A stretch of DNA of 62,059 nucleotides, counting the filler, from Sphacelaria rigidula (taxonomy: Eukaryota), in assembly GCA_964200075.2 (NCBI GenBank). It is 8 parts of 8 records of this genome, joined end to end, with 100 filler letters (N's around TTAATTAATTAA, not from the genome) between each part and the next. Parts side by side here need not be neighbours in the genome. Positions count along the whole stretch, not along the records: positions 1 to 7,670 come from CAXNAA020013847.1; positions 7,771 to 15,440 come from CAXNAA020013848.1; 6 more parts are not named here. One strand, given 5' to 3'. Each line of letters begins with the position of its first letter. Position 1 is the first letter of the stretch. The notes under the pieces were generated by a model, which had not been told where the DNA came from, ran no database searches, and was given only the letters and a program-made list of their open reading frames with translations. Shown here piece by piece: positions 1-12,703 of the stretch. A program made the translations under genes and the position numbers.

Positions 1-238
1 GGTTTTACAGGTATCTCACCACGAGACCCCAACCTCCATGTGAATTTGACATGGAGGGGGTGGGGGGGGGGGGGAGGCGTTCCATGAGGAAACATACGTG
101 TGGCGTGTCTGATGTTAGATATCGATAAGAAAGTTGACTGTTGAAACTTGAAAGTCATATGCGTGGCCACCGTTATGGTGTCGTAAACGAGACGATGAGA
201 AGGTAGTTACGAGCAGAAGAGGCATGGGCTGGCCCCTC

Positions 239-279
239 GTGACTACAATAGTGACTACAATAGTGACTACAATAGTGAC
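239..279. repeat. 12-bp tandem repeat (GTGACTACAATA), ~3.4 copies
   Basis: Seen directly in the sequence. Confidence 0.9.
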
Positions 280-2892
280 TGCACAGACTCGCCCAGGGGA
301 AGGGGAAGGGTTGAAAGTGTGACGGAACTAAAATGATTAAAAAGAGGTGGCAATTGTTGCTCGTGTGGGACGCTGGATATGAAGAGGTGGCAGCTTTGAA
401 ACGAGAACGAGAGCCCCCCCCTTCAACCCCCCCCCCTTCCCGCCCCTCGGGCGGTTTTGACGCAGTAGCATCTTGAATAGAGGTGGGGATGGAACTCTTG
501 AACGTGTGCTTTGACGAGAAGGATAGGCGACGGATATTCATGATATTTTTTTCATGATTTCTAGCCCCCGTGAGAGAAAAAAAGAAAATTCACAAAAAGT
601 CATCCGCAAATGTAGCGCGTTTATTTGAATATTTGGTCAGTTGCGTTTTTGCGGCGGCATGCGTTTCCAGCATTGTTTGAGTGTGTGTATGTGTGCGTGT
701 ACTAACGGAATCGTTGTTGGTTCTCTGTCTTTTTGCCCCTCTTCTCCTCTGGAAGATGTCCGGGGGTCGTGCACATGAAGATACTCGGGTCGCGTTTGTT
801 CCTTTTTGTTGCTATTTAATACGAAATTACAGTGACGCTTATTGTTGTTTGGAAGTTAGTTCAAAGTTATTTGGAAAGGTGGTTTATGCCGGATGGATCA
901 GCACACCGTACGTACCTTTGAAGTACCTGCTTTAATGATACTTTGGATCAGTAAGCCAGCTAGGAGGCGTTTTGGAGCTACCCGGCGGTAATTGATTGGA
1001 TGATAGTTTTGGTCGTCATCTTTGGAACGACAATATAGTTGAATCGGCGGAATATATTGCGTCTAGTCCATCGCGCTGTGGACCTTCAGTTCAATTTCAC
1101 TCCGTTCACCCCGACTTTGAGGACGCGCGTAGACAGGAGGGGGGGGGGGGAGTACCCGCGAAATGGCTGGATGCATGTAGCCTCTGTGAGGAAGGGAATT
1201 TCGAACAGTTTCTGCGCGAAAATAGTCAAAATACATCGTGTACGTCGTTGCTTCCGCCGTACGCTGCATTTAGTCGCAGTTAGCACACAGTATATATACA
1301 ACGAGAGGATGCATGTGTGTGCGTCATGTTCCAAGGTGTTTCTTTCTCTGCTCTTATCTCTGTGCCAGCTCGCACAGCGGGAGTGTCTCTTCGTTTGCTT
1401 TTGTCTTCTTTTTTCTTTGGCTTGAGTGAAATCAATATAATGTGATGTGTTTCCTTTTCACGGATTCATTTGGAGGTATTCACCTGTGCGTATGAAGGCA
1501 AAATATGCATCATCTTGGAGACCTCGGAGTATTATGTCCGTGCGTGCATGGGGTTGACTTGAGCATTCGTCGCATGGAGTGCTAATCTATGTGCTTTCTG
1601 CTGTGTGCTGAGCGCTTATACGGTGTTGACTTATTTAAAGGTGTTGCGGTACAGTACTTAACTGGAAATATCTAATCCTACACAATCCAATTTTTCCTTC
1701 ACTTTTTGTTTTTCACCGACTGTCGTTGTCGTACGTAGCGACTCGATGTTTGTATGGAGGGTTCATCGCGATGGATGGTGCCCGGCCTGTATATGTGTCT
1801 TAGTGAGTGACTAGTTAGCACAGCCTGGGGAACCAATTACGTTACCAAACAGTCTACCGCGTACCGTCTAGATTTTTGCGTCTATTGCAGTAGACAATAT
1901 ATTCCGCACTGTACGCAGTACACCTTTTGACGATGTAATCTCTTGTCTCGGGAACGCAGGTTCGCGCGTGGTTTGTGCTGAGAATATACCCGTATTTTTC
2001 TGCTTTGTGAAATCCGAGTATCCTCATGCGCCATGTATTCCACGAAGAGTGTACTGCTGTCTGATCTGTGTCGCGATGACACCGCGTGTCTGCTTCGTAC
2101 ATGACGTCGGTGTGATGTGATTGATTACGGGTATGATTCGGTTTTTTTGGGTTGTTATCTTCTTGTTTTCTTGCTTCGTTGATTTTCGTAGACCGGCGTC
2201 CTCTATAGGAGGCGTTTCCATGTGGCCGGAAATGAGAGGAACGACGAGTGTCCTCTGTGGGAGGAGGGAGATGTATCCTCTTGAGTCTGCTGTGGGAGAT
2301 ACGGGAGGTGTGCAACCTGGCTTCCCTCTATGAGCGGATATAGGTGTACGTTCTTTGCTTTGGAAGGTTAAAAAAAAAAAGGATCATAATACGTCGAGTT
2401 GATGTGTACCGAGTATGGGCTTCATCGCACAAGCCGTACTGTACCTACTGCAGTTACGCCCGAGGAGAGCGGCACTTCTCGGTATACATGCCGATGTTGG
2501 GACATTCGCGTTGAACGAAATGCGTCCTAGTTTGATGCCGCGCATCACGACGTTTAGCACTTGGTTCACGGCGTACATGTGTTCCGATCAAACATTGCTC
2601 GCAAGGAAAGCTACTCTCCACATGGAGTTCTTGGTAGTAGAGCTCGCTCCTCCTTTGGATACGTGCTTGTGCATTGCCATGGGAGACAAGTGTCGTCTAG
2701 AATTGGATACCCACATCCGCTTCGTGATGGAACGCAAGTCAGGAGCGGGTGCGTGATATTTCAGTCATGCTACGGTACGCTGCACAAACTTTACCTTGCA
2801 TTTGGCTTGTCAGGGATCTTTCTATCTCATCCAAAAAGCAGCTTATGAGGCACGTGGTGAGAGCACGCCACGATTAGCTTTCCAAAGGGCTA

Positions 2893-3166
2893 GAGGTATG
2901 AGAAATGCTACGGTGGAGGAGCACTTTTTTCGCGAATTTTTCATGTCTAGTTCAGGGGCTCCTAACGATTCAAGATGCACACAAATATGGGTCAGGACAT
3001 CCCCGTTTGCAAATTCATTCGTTATATTCCCAGCACATTGGAGTAGTAATTCTGGCGTACTTTCACATATTTTCATGGGTCGCATTTTGCATGAGATAAA
3101 GGGCTCCTGACAATTCTAACCTCAGGAAATATTTGTGCACCCCTACCGTAGCATCACTCGTATCTG
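2893..3166. mobile_element. 274-bp Tc1/mariner-type MITE
   Basis: Imperfect ~32-bp TIR (..ATGCTACGGTGGAGGAGCAC / GTGCACCCCTACCGTAGCAT..CTG) with TA on both sides. Related ends occur at 23133-23210 and ~35345-35685. Confidence 0.75.
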
Positions 3167-3407
3167 TAATGGATTTTGAAACGGAGATGTTCTGACTTTT
3201 TCAGTAGATGCCCGTCGAGGAAGCGATTCTTCGCCATTCCAATGACGAGCTGGGCCGTGAAACATCTGATAAGACCCTCCGCCGATCACATCTCAATACC
3301 GCGGCGAGATATCGCGACGTAAAGACATCCCTAGGATCGAGAGATCGCAATACGTGTGCTCCGATAGTTCTTGATGGATGCTCGGACAGCTATCAACCCT
3401 AAACACT

Positions 3408-3585
3408 GCGAGCTTGGCCGCGGAACAGTTTCACTCGCTGACAGTCCAGGCACGTCCGGGGGTCTGCAGCAGGCGCGAGCGGGGTTTCGAAGGGGGGTGG
3501 CTGCCTGTTCCCAGATGAACTCAAAGGCTCGCAAAACTAGCCATGTGTGTTTGCGTGGGAAACATCCAAGTCAGGATGGAAGACC
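3408..3585 (+). repeat. Dispersed repeat D (second copy ~5208-5395)
   Basis: CTGACAGTCCAGGYACGTCCGGG and AGCCATGTRTGTTTG are shared and colinear. Confidence 0.65.
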
Positions 3586-4327
3586 AAGCCAAAGGTAATC
3601 ACCATTTTTGATAGTGCTGACTGGTCAATATGCCAAATTGGTTGTACGTCAGATCCCTCTAGGGTTCCTACTTCGCGGCTTAGCCGTAGTTGACCATTTG
3701 GTTAATGACCTTTTCCACCATAGTAACACAAGCAAATGCGCCCCTTTTCGCTCTGTATGTAATCTTTGCGTCCCGTTTGGCCTCTCTTGTGCTGGAATTT
3801 TGAGACCTTTCGCATGCCAAACTTGACTTTTGGGCGGATCAAGGGTCTGCCGGGATGGAAACTCTGAACACGTAACCCCCGCCCTGATTGCCCGGAGGGT
3901 AATTCTTCAGAAAATGTCATGATTATCGTGATTCTTATTGAATACTGTTGAAGAAATCGATCGAGAAACATAGACGAGACCGAAAAGTCTGGTGGGCTTC
4001 GCGATGTTCATGTATATTTGCTTCTGCTCCCTACCCGCTCTGTCCCACTGACCTCGGATGCTGGCCACGCTCACACACATGTATGCACACGAGCGCACGG
4101 TAGCGGCAGTCTGTAGCCAAAGTAGCGGCCGCTCCAGGAGATACATCGGGACCTTCGCTAGTAGAGGGAGCTGCTGAAGATGAGCTGGGGGGCAGCGTGT
4201 CCGCGATCTCAGCGGTCTCCAGGCGAAGGAAGTGTGTACACAGCGGATGACCGCATTCGCCAACCCCTTGGTTGTAAACCACGGGATAACAGCCTGGGAG
4301 TCCCCCCCCTCCCCCCTCCTCCTTCCC

Positions 4328-4889
4328 GCCTGGTTCGGCGAGAACCCAGCGTGCCCCGTGCCCGGCTTTGTAGGGGCGGACCCCCGATGGGGTTGGCGTC
4401 GGTTGGCGATGACGCAGTAAAACACGTCACTCACTGCGTGAGCTAGGCATCCAGGTTACCGAGTTTTCTGTGCGCTTGGGCATTTTCGCGGTAACCATGA
4501 TGGTAGTCGAGCTAGATCATGTTGTGCGGCGTGGTTGAACCCTAACTCCGCACTAAGGGGATGATTGTACTACGTAGTGTTTGAATGGTGAGACACCCAT
4601 GAGGCAGTGCATAAGTCGTGGCTGTCCCCGTGAGTGGCGATACCAGAAAATGAAGCATGTCATTGAAGGCTCTCATCCAACTGCAAGATAATAAGTAGGC
4701 TTCGGGCCGAACAATCTTGGCAGGATGTAGCTCTGACCCTTCATGCGACTCGCTGAACACACCACGACGCTTCGCGCTTGGTGATTGAGTGCGAACCTGG
4801 TCCAGCGATAACTCGGCATGCTCCGTCCCGGCTTGTAGGGATGCGAGGTTAATGGTCATATGACTTTGGCATATATGATCATGAGTACA
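4328..4889 (+). mobile_element. Repeat family A, longest copy (~560-bp non-coding retroposon-like element in a poly(C) tract)
   Basis: Aligns by eye to copies at 30184, 38884, 54529, 59673 and 59991. It ends ...ATGAGTAC followed by (C)n. A ~45-bp internal direct repeat lies at ~4328-4375 and ~4796-4841. Confidence 0.85.
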
Positions 4890-7670
4890 CCCCCCCCCCC
4901 ACCCCCCCCCCCCCCCCCCCCAACCACCACAACCAGTTCCCCCCTCGCGCCTCCTTCTCTTTNNNNNNNNNNCACCCCCCCCCCCCCCCCCTCCCCCGCC
5001 CCCCTTCCTCAAAATTCAATTTTTCGACCTTGGGGCCTACGTGTTCAGAACGTTTCTACCGGCAGACCCTTGGGCGGATTCACAGTTCTCGAAACGAAAC
5101 GAAAAATCAGGACAGTTCCTCCGAAACTCAGAGAGAACTTGCTGCAGTACTCCGACTAAGAGTCGACATGGGCGTACGAAACGTCAAACATCATTAACGC
5201 TTACACAGCGAGCGTCGCCCCGGAGCAGCTTCGCAGACTGACAGTCCAGGTACGTCCGGGCATCTCGAGGTGGCGGAGGAGTGGTTTTTGACAGCGGGGT
5301 AGGGGCCTCTTGACAGAACAGCCGAAAGAAAGGTCACCAAGTCAGCCATGTATGTTTGGGAGTTTCCCATGGAAACTTGTGAGCCAGGAACGAGGCTTGG
5401 GAGAGGTGGAGTGATCTCTCTAACCAATCCTGGCTATCAAAACGATCACTTCGTTTCCCTACAGGTGGACTACGCCTTCGCTGTGTCTAGCCGTGTTTCT
5501 CGTGTTAGTGACGACAGTTCAACCATACATAGAAAACGTGGATACCAATAACGTGTTCTGTACTCTGCTCGTGGTCTGTACCGCCTGCCTGACCCGGTCA
5601 TGCATCGCCAGCATCGCTTCACATTGTCCGCAGCAGTGTTGTTGTGGAACAGTGAGCAGAGGCATGAGCAGCATGCAGCAGGTTGTGCTCAGTGGAGAGC
5701 GATGTCACCCTGACGATCTCTTGCCCTTGTATCCAGCGGAGACATACAGTACACATACTGACTCTGCACGCAATAGACTGCAGGGTCGGAACCGGACAGG
5801 GGCTCCCCGGGACTGTTCTCTACATGGATGTCCAACATCACTTATACATGCTCATGAAATGCTTTTCGTGTATCGAGAAAACTGCTGTTTTGAGCCCCAA
5901 ATACGGCCTAGTCATCTCAGTCCACGTGCGGGGCGGTCGCTGTCTAAGGGTTGGAGTGCTCTGGAGTCCTTCCCCAAACGTACATACGGCGAGTAAGTCT
6001 TCGCGAGACGGAACAAGTAACTAAGGAGTATTGTTAAGTATATTACCCAAGGAGCATTTTGTTTCGGGAAAATCGGATTTTTCCCCGACTTCTCCAGAAA
6101 ATAAATGCTGAAATGAAATTCGACTCTGGATATCGGTTGGGGCTATGGAGGCAGTGTTGGATATAGATATAATTCCTGCCGTAGTTGACGGACCTTCCCT
6201 CACATTTTTCGGAGAGAGTAGAAACTGCACGCGAGAACATGTTCGAGATTTCGCACAATAACAAGTCCCGGTAATACCGTTTCAAGAATCCGGTAGTACG
6301 TCCTGTAGATCACTTCCCGATCACTTCATGATACCCCTGGACTAGGCATTCCTCGCCCGCCATTTCAGTCGAGTGTTTGCCAGATAATTGAAAAAAATCC
6401 GACTCTTCCCAAGCTGCTGCAGAGGCAAATCCGCCGCTACAGTTTGGGAAAATCTGTTGTCAGCCTCAAGTTTATCCATTGCCTGACCTGGTCAGCTCTC
6501 TGACTGCAAGCGGTGGTCCATTTGTGAATCAGCATCTCTTCCACTTGGAAAAAACGAACATGATGCCGGTTCACACATGGACCACCTGCTCGGAGCCAAA
6601 GTGTTGAGGAAATTGCCATCACGTTTTCCAGATACCTCATGTCCCCGAAAAAGCTCGCAGACTTTGGGAAAAGGGTAGACCCGTTAATAATACCCCCAAG
6701 CCCTTTCTACGGGCGAATATCGATGCCAAACAACAGCCAACGTGGGCATGCACGCTCAAGAGAGGTAAAATTTAATAATACTTCACGACAAGACACAGCA
6801 GTCCATCGCTTGCGCGACGAAGGCTACTTCGCGATGTTGTTGTAGTGAGTAGGTGACGGCGCATGACACTCCCTGGCGCATCCGGCGTTCGCCGGCCGCG
6901 GGCTGATGTGTACACCCACGTTGTATACGGCTAACAAGTGAGGGGGTGGCATTCTATCGCGCTTGTTGAATACGAAGAGTTCTTCGACGACATGTTTTTA
7001 CACTCGGTGTTGTGCAACAACATATCCATCGCCATACCGCAGCAGTTGTCCATTGAAGTCTGGCGAAACCTGTCCGCCCGGAAAGGGATAACGGGCGCAA
7101 CAGAGGCGGGGCCGTATCTGCCATCACCTGTACAACAGAGCAGCATACCTATTTAGTGCACCAGATCGACAGCGGTAGGAAACCACGAGGGTGAGTGGAT
7201 CGGACTTCGGTATACCACGACATGGTACAGGCAACAAAGTCTCCGTGACGATGAGACCGCGTTTCGTGGCACCTAGGGAACGCTTTTCTAGTCTCCTGCA
7301 GCTGTGAACCGAACGATGGGCGGTTCAAATCCACCCCGAACAAATCTTCAAGCCTCTATTGGTGGAAACAACATGTCATGTCTGATTTGTCGACTCGACC
7401 ATCCGGCGACGTTACAGCGAGAGCCGACATGAAAAAGACGTCTCGTTTTTATCAGTAGCCCGTCGTCTTGTGGACGGATCTGTGACTTGCCGTTTAGCGT
7501 CGGATTGGCAAATAGATGCGGCATTGTAATCCCACGAGTAGGGCTTCAACGTTCGCTCGGCTCGCATTTGCTCTAATCTACACTCACCAGGAAGGGGAGT
7601 ACAGTCAAGAACAGCAATAATGGTCGACTGCCTGTGCTCTGTCCGTCGCCTTCGCTTTTGCGGACCCGAT

Positions 7671-7770
7671 NNNNNNNNNNNNNNNNNNNNNNNNNNNNNN
7701 NNNNNNNNNNNNNNTTAATTAATTAANNNNNNNNNNNNNNNNNNNNNNNNNNNNNNNNNNNNNNNNNNNN
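7671..7770. other. Artificial scaffold linker N44-TTAATTAATTAA-N44
   Basis: Identical 100-bp linker recurring every 7,770 bp; the 12-mer has stops in all six frames. Confidence 0.98.
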
Positions 7771-8130
7771 TATTTGCTCTGAATCAAACGTTCATAGCGA
7801 GAAGCAGATTCGAGCAAATTAGCGTCGCGGAGACCACCCCGTTCTATTTCAGCAGTATCGGTAACAGAGAACAGGGGGTTTGAAAATTTGCGGGAGCAGG
7901 TATTGTTGAGGATGGGTCGTGAGAACCTGCACAACAATCGCAATAATTATTAACTATGGGTGCTAATGCACGCTCCGGTCGCGATATGGCGATATTTTGG
8001 TCTTTAAAGTGAAAGCACCATCCGTTATTTCGATATCCCCCCCTCTACTCGGAGGTTATGAACGTCAGGGGGGAAGGAGAATTCCTTTCGGGAAATTAAC
8101 GGATGTCGAAATGATTCGGAATTAAAAGAG

Positions 8131-8210
8131 GTGTCTCAAACTCGAGGTTCCTGGTATATTTCACAGTAATTTTACGTTCGAATATACCGGGAACCTCGAG
8201 TTTGAGATAC
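8131..8210. repeat. 30-bp inverted repeat with 20-nt loop
   Basis: 8131-8160 versus 8181-8210, two mismatches. Confidence 0.9.
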
Positions 8211-8352
8211 TGTACCTCTGGAACGTGGGTTTACATATTCCTGGTCGCTCTCTTCAACTGGTTGACGCCACGCACGACGGTCGGCGAATGAGCTTTCATT
8301 CGTCCTGAAGATCTCGGCGCCTGCCGGAGAGGGTAGAACAATGTACTGCCCG

Positions 8353-8533
8353 CGACTCAATGTCAGCGGATCGTGTTGCATAGTGAGATTCTCAGTACCA
8401 ATCGCCCAATTGATATTGCGTCGATGAGCGCGACACGTGCTGGACTCAATGCCGGCGGATCGTGTTGCTCGGTGAGCATTCTCAGTAACAATAGCCCAAG
8501 TGAACCTGCGCCGATGAGCGCGGCACGTGCTGT
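8353..8533. repeat. ~90-bp tandem duplication
   Basis: GACTCAATGYCRGCGGATCGTGTTGC...CGATGAGCGCGRCACGTGCTG occurs twice. Confidence 0.85.
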
Positions 8534-11500
8534 AAGCGTGTTCGCAGCGGCAGTCATGGTGCAAAACCACACACGCACACTGCGAATACCCTCAACACGT
8601 GCAACATTGTAAGATCTAGTACGCTGTAGACAGTACGTGGGGCTGCGGCACAAAACACTACCGACTGCTGCTGTGCACAGATATGCGGCGTAATGCAATA
8701 ATAGCATCTCTTCAGATTCCACAGCACTACTCTTGCACTACTGTACTGTCTGCAGGCGACCGTGTGATGACTCTCACAACTATGTGCCTCATATGCATCT
8801 CCGGACCGTTCCGCCGTAGAAAAGGCGTTTTGGTTTGAGTCAAAGGAATGATTCCGAACCCAAAAAGTGGGTAGTCTTACTCAGTCTTCCAGCGGGGGGG
8901 TCGCTGTCTAAGGGTTAACCGCTGTCCTACACAGTACTACAGATCGCAGCCTCCGTCAATATTCAATGCTTGCACCATGTTATGTTGTTGGTCGATTTCT
9001 GGTCGACACACACCACCGTATTACTAGTATTGTTGAACGGTACAGGGCATCACTTGCACCAGCTTTTGAATATCTCAGAGTGAAAATGTTTCAACTGGAC
9101 GTGGTCCAGAGAGAGCCCGACAGGCCTTGCAGACGTACTCTGCACAGACCTCTGAGCACGATCATGGACTGAAGAGCACTTCAGTAGAATTCACCGCTCG
9201 GTCGACTAAAATTGAGTGTTACACCGATATTCGGATCCCATTACAGCATAGCCTGCGCAAAACGTGTCCTCGTCAAAATCGCCGCCTCCGATTTGAGGTC
9301 TATCAACGTCACACTTTGCCTGGGGAACACTCTGCACCCCCCCTCACTCGAGGGTTCATGGAATGCCTTGGGTTGGCGTTAGGGTTAGCGTGAATTCGAG
9401 TTTATATTTTTCCGAGAAATTTCCTTGAGGAGTCAATCCACCAAGTGGTGAACTGACCTCGAGCATTTGCGGCATGTTTCTTGGCACACGAGAGGTACCG
9501 GTAACAGTCTTGAACCATTATTGTACCAAAGTACTTCGAAGTAGTACAGACAGTACATGATTGTTGACTGCCTGCAACAGCACCCGTGAGTGAGTTGATC
9601 ATTGGAAACCTGCGCATTGCGCCGTATGGTATTGTCACATACGAAGTACAAAGCAACGCTGGCACCTGGACAATAGTCGTAGGTGGAGTGTACACTCCAT
9701 GAGCAGCGGGTTTCCGCATATGACCGGCCTCAAGACTCCCCGGCGATATAAGGCCGTGTCTCATGAGACCACCAAAAGGAAGAAGCGTCCAAGAGCAGCA
9801 TGTTGATCGTTTTTGAGGTGTTTTGGCCTCGATACGACACGGCCTAACATTTAGACATCGTCGGCGGCAATTTTTCTCGAAAAGACCGCGGCGGTAGCGG
9901 AGGCGGAAGTCGCTCAGTTTGTAGGTTCGCCGTCACTGCCATCGATGACAACACATCCTGATTGAGGGGTTTGTTACACCCCCGTTATCTCCGTTATCGC
10001 CGGTACAAAAGTTGAAACCACGATCACGGGCTCCAGGTACTCTATGCTCTTGGCTTGCTGTGGGGTGAAATTTCCGGCCACTTGCGCAGGTCGTGTCGGA
10101 TGCCCACCGTGCATCGACTACAGTACAGTTCAGCACTGCTGCCCGTTGTTTCAAAATTGCGCGAACTTGCCGTCGTTTTATGTGATATTCGCGTACAGAA
10201 CGCCAAGCCGAAAAGGCTAAGCTGGTTTGCCATACTGTACTTATTATATGAACACTATGCAGTGCAGCACAACACTCAGTATATCAACACCGACCAAGCT
10301 ACAGGATGAACGGGAAAGCTGAAACTGCATGGCCAGATACAACAAAATAATGCCCCACCTACGAAAAACGGCATTAACCCGAAGCTTGCCGGCCACAAGC
10401 ATGAGCACATCCCGACAACTCCAAGCATGCTGTAGGGTACGGTCTGTGCAGACTGTCAAGGAAACAACAACATAGTACCGTTACAGGAGTTTGGTACGGT
10501 GGTATACACTTCGATCCTGCCACCATGGAAACTTATAATGTCGTCACCTCGATGATGGCCCCTCTTCCCGTTGTCCCCGAAGTAAAGATAATGCAGCGTC
10601 CAGATTTTGTGAAGATAGTTGGGTTTGTGTTGGATACAACGCGTGCTTTAGTTGTCTATGTCTGCGGTCTACCGCGTGAGAAGGTGTGGCATTTCTATTC
10701 CGAAAGTTCAACGCATATATTTTGTGACGTGATCATAATCCATGGCGTACGATCTGCTGAATCATATTAACGTTTATCTCAGTTGATCTTAATCTTTGTT
10801 TGTCCAGGACGTGAACGCAGATAGTCCAACGAGCAGAGGGAGAGCTGAGCCGTAGGCATGATATTCAAGGTGAAAATTTCACGGTGTTCATGCTACAACG
10901 TGAAAATATGACATTGCCTGGGAAATGCGGAGAAGGGTGGGGGCACCGGGCCAACGACAGTAAACTGCAACGGCAATGGCTCGAGGAAAACGGTGGGAAG
11001 GGAGGCTATAGGGTAGAGAAGACCAAGGCAGGCACCTTGAAGTGCACAATGATGATCGGCGGGTGAACAAGGTTAACCATGCGCGAACACACTAATGATA
11101 GGTGGTAGAAATCTAAGCGATGGTGCCATCGGACTGCGGGAGGACAAGCGCCAGTGTTACGCCCAGTTTAGTGTCACGTTCTTCACCACCACCCACAAAA
11201 CTCGACTTGGTGAAGTGAAATAAGTCGACAGGGTAGAAAAATGACAACTATGCTGATGCACAGCTATAATAATTATCCTACACTACCCCTCCGTCGAACG
11301 CCGGTTCAATTCCATCCAGTACAGCACACGAACGATCGACGGTTAACCGGGAAAAAGGCCACGGAAATCTGTACAAGCCCAGAAGCCATTTTCCAATATG
11401 GCCGACGTACACGCGATCGCAGATAACTCGCGCTGCACGACTACCAGCCTGCTGAAACTGAAGAGGCAAGTACTAATTACTAATAGCTATCGTTTGACAT

Positions 11501-12220
11501 CCAACTTGCGCTGATTAGTTCTCGGGATCGTGCGGAAATCGCGAAATATGAACCTTACTATACATCAACATTTTCATCCACGGCAAGCATACGCGCAGCC
11601 GTGACGTCGATGGCTGATAGAGATGCATCTTAGCTACGCAGAGCAATTTGATTTGTCTCTGCAGCTGCTGTTTGTATTGAGACATTGCCATCTCGGTGGG
11701 GGGTGTTGGGACACATGAGATGCGGTGGAAAAGTGCATCAGATACTCCTTCCTGAGTACAAAGAAAGTCGGTATCCAAAAGGAGCCGGCGGCAATTTCGC
11801 CGCGTTTAATTGTGTTCGTAGTCGTACATATGTTCTCCCACCCTCTTTCATGGAAACAACAGCGTTGCCCGTCAGCAGAGAAGATAGTTCAAGCAGGTGC
11901 ATGCCGTTATAGCTGCGGTGGCGCGCGAGGTCGCTGCCCAAAACATAGCGTGCAAACACAAGCATACTGTCGTCAGCGACGCCGGGACCCCTCCGCGTCC
12001 AAGGTCAGTTCTCATGGCAAACAAACAACGCAAAAAAATACTGTACGAGCTGGCCCAGCTGACAGTGATTTGCGAATATATCCGGGCCGAGTGTTGGGTA
12101 ATTCGAAGCGTTGGGCGCTCAAATATTGACACAATATTTATATCATCCTAACGCACAACCTTCCCGGGGATGCCAAGAAAATATATATATACAGTTTCTC
12201 CAAAAACTCGAAAAACGCTG

Positions 12221-12703
12221 TAGGCCGCTTCTTTTAGCCTGAAACAAAATCTGTCTGAGAACTGCCCTTATGAACCCTTCACCTCGGATTATTGGCGGAA
12301 TACGGGCCTTGGCGGATTTGTCCCCCTCCGAAAGATTTGCTGTATTGTTCACGAGGATTACAGCGCGCTTGTCCGATCTCTCGTACTCCCAGTTTTACTC
12401 TTGTCCGGATTCTGGAATTTTGCAGTCGCCGCGAAAATTGTCCACTTGTCGGGAAAAAAACGTACTTTTCCTCAACAACTCGAAGTTTTTTCACGTGACT
12501 GAAAAACTCCAAAATCCGGCCAAGAGTAAAACCGGGAGTACGAAATATCGAACAAGCGTGCTGGAATCCTCGTGAAAAATAGAGCAAATCTGTCCGAGGG
12601 GGCCAAATCCGCCAAGGCCCGTATTCCGCCAATAATCCGTGATGAAAGGCTCAAAAAGGCAGTTCTCAGACAGATTTTTTTTCAGGTTATAAGAAGCGGC
12701 CTA
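12221..12703. mobile_element. 483-bp foldback (fully palindromic) MITE
   Basis: TAGGCCGCTTCT...AGAAGCGGCCTA; the arms are complementary up to a centre at ~12462. This explains the mirror ORFs 12279-12632 and 12292-12498. Confidence 0.9.

Noticed and set aside
8895-8920. piggyBac element ends (AAGGG|TTAA here and at ~56664-56671; similar sequence at 5935-5952)
   Set aside because: No matching opposite terminus found in the same scaffold, so no element could be delimited.
9368-9392. Telomere (TTAGGG-like)
   Set aside because: Only one perfect unit, in an internal position.
10055-10420. Degenerate hAT transposase core (HRLQ..LLPVVSKLRELA..RLSWFAILYLL)
   Set aside because: Only a faint resemblance to the CxxH and TRW motifs, with key residues missing; it needs a translated HMM search.
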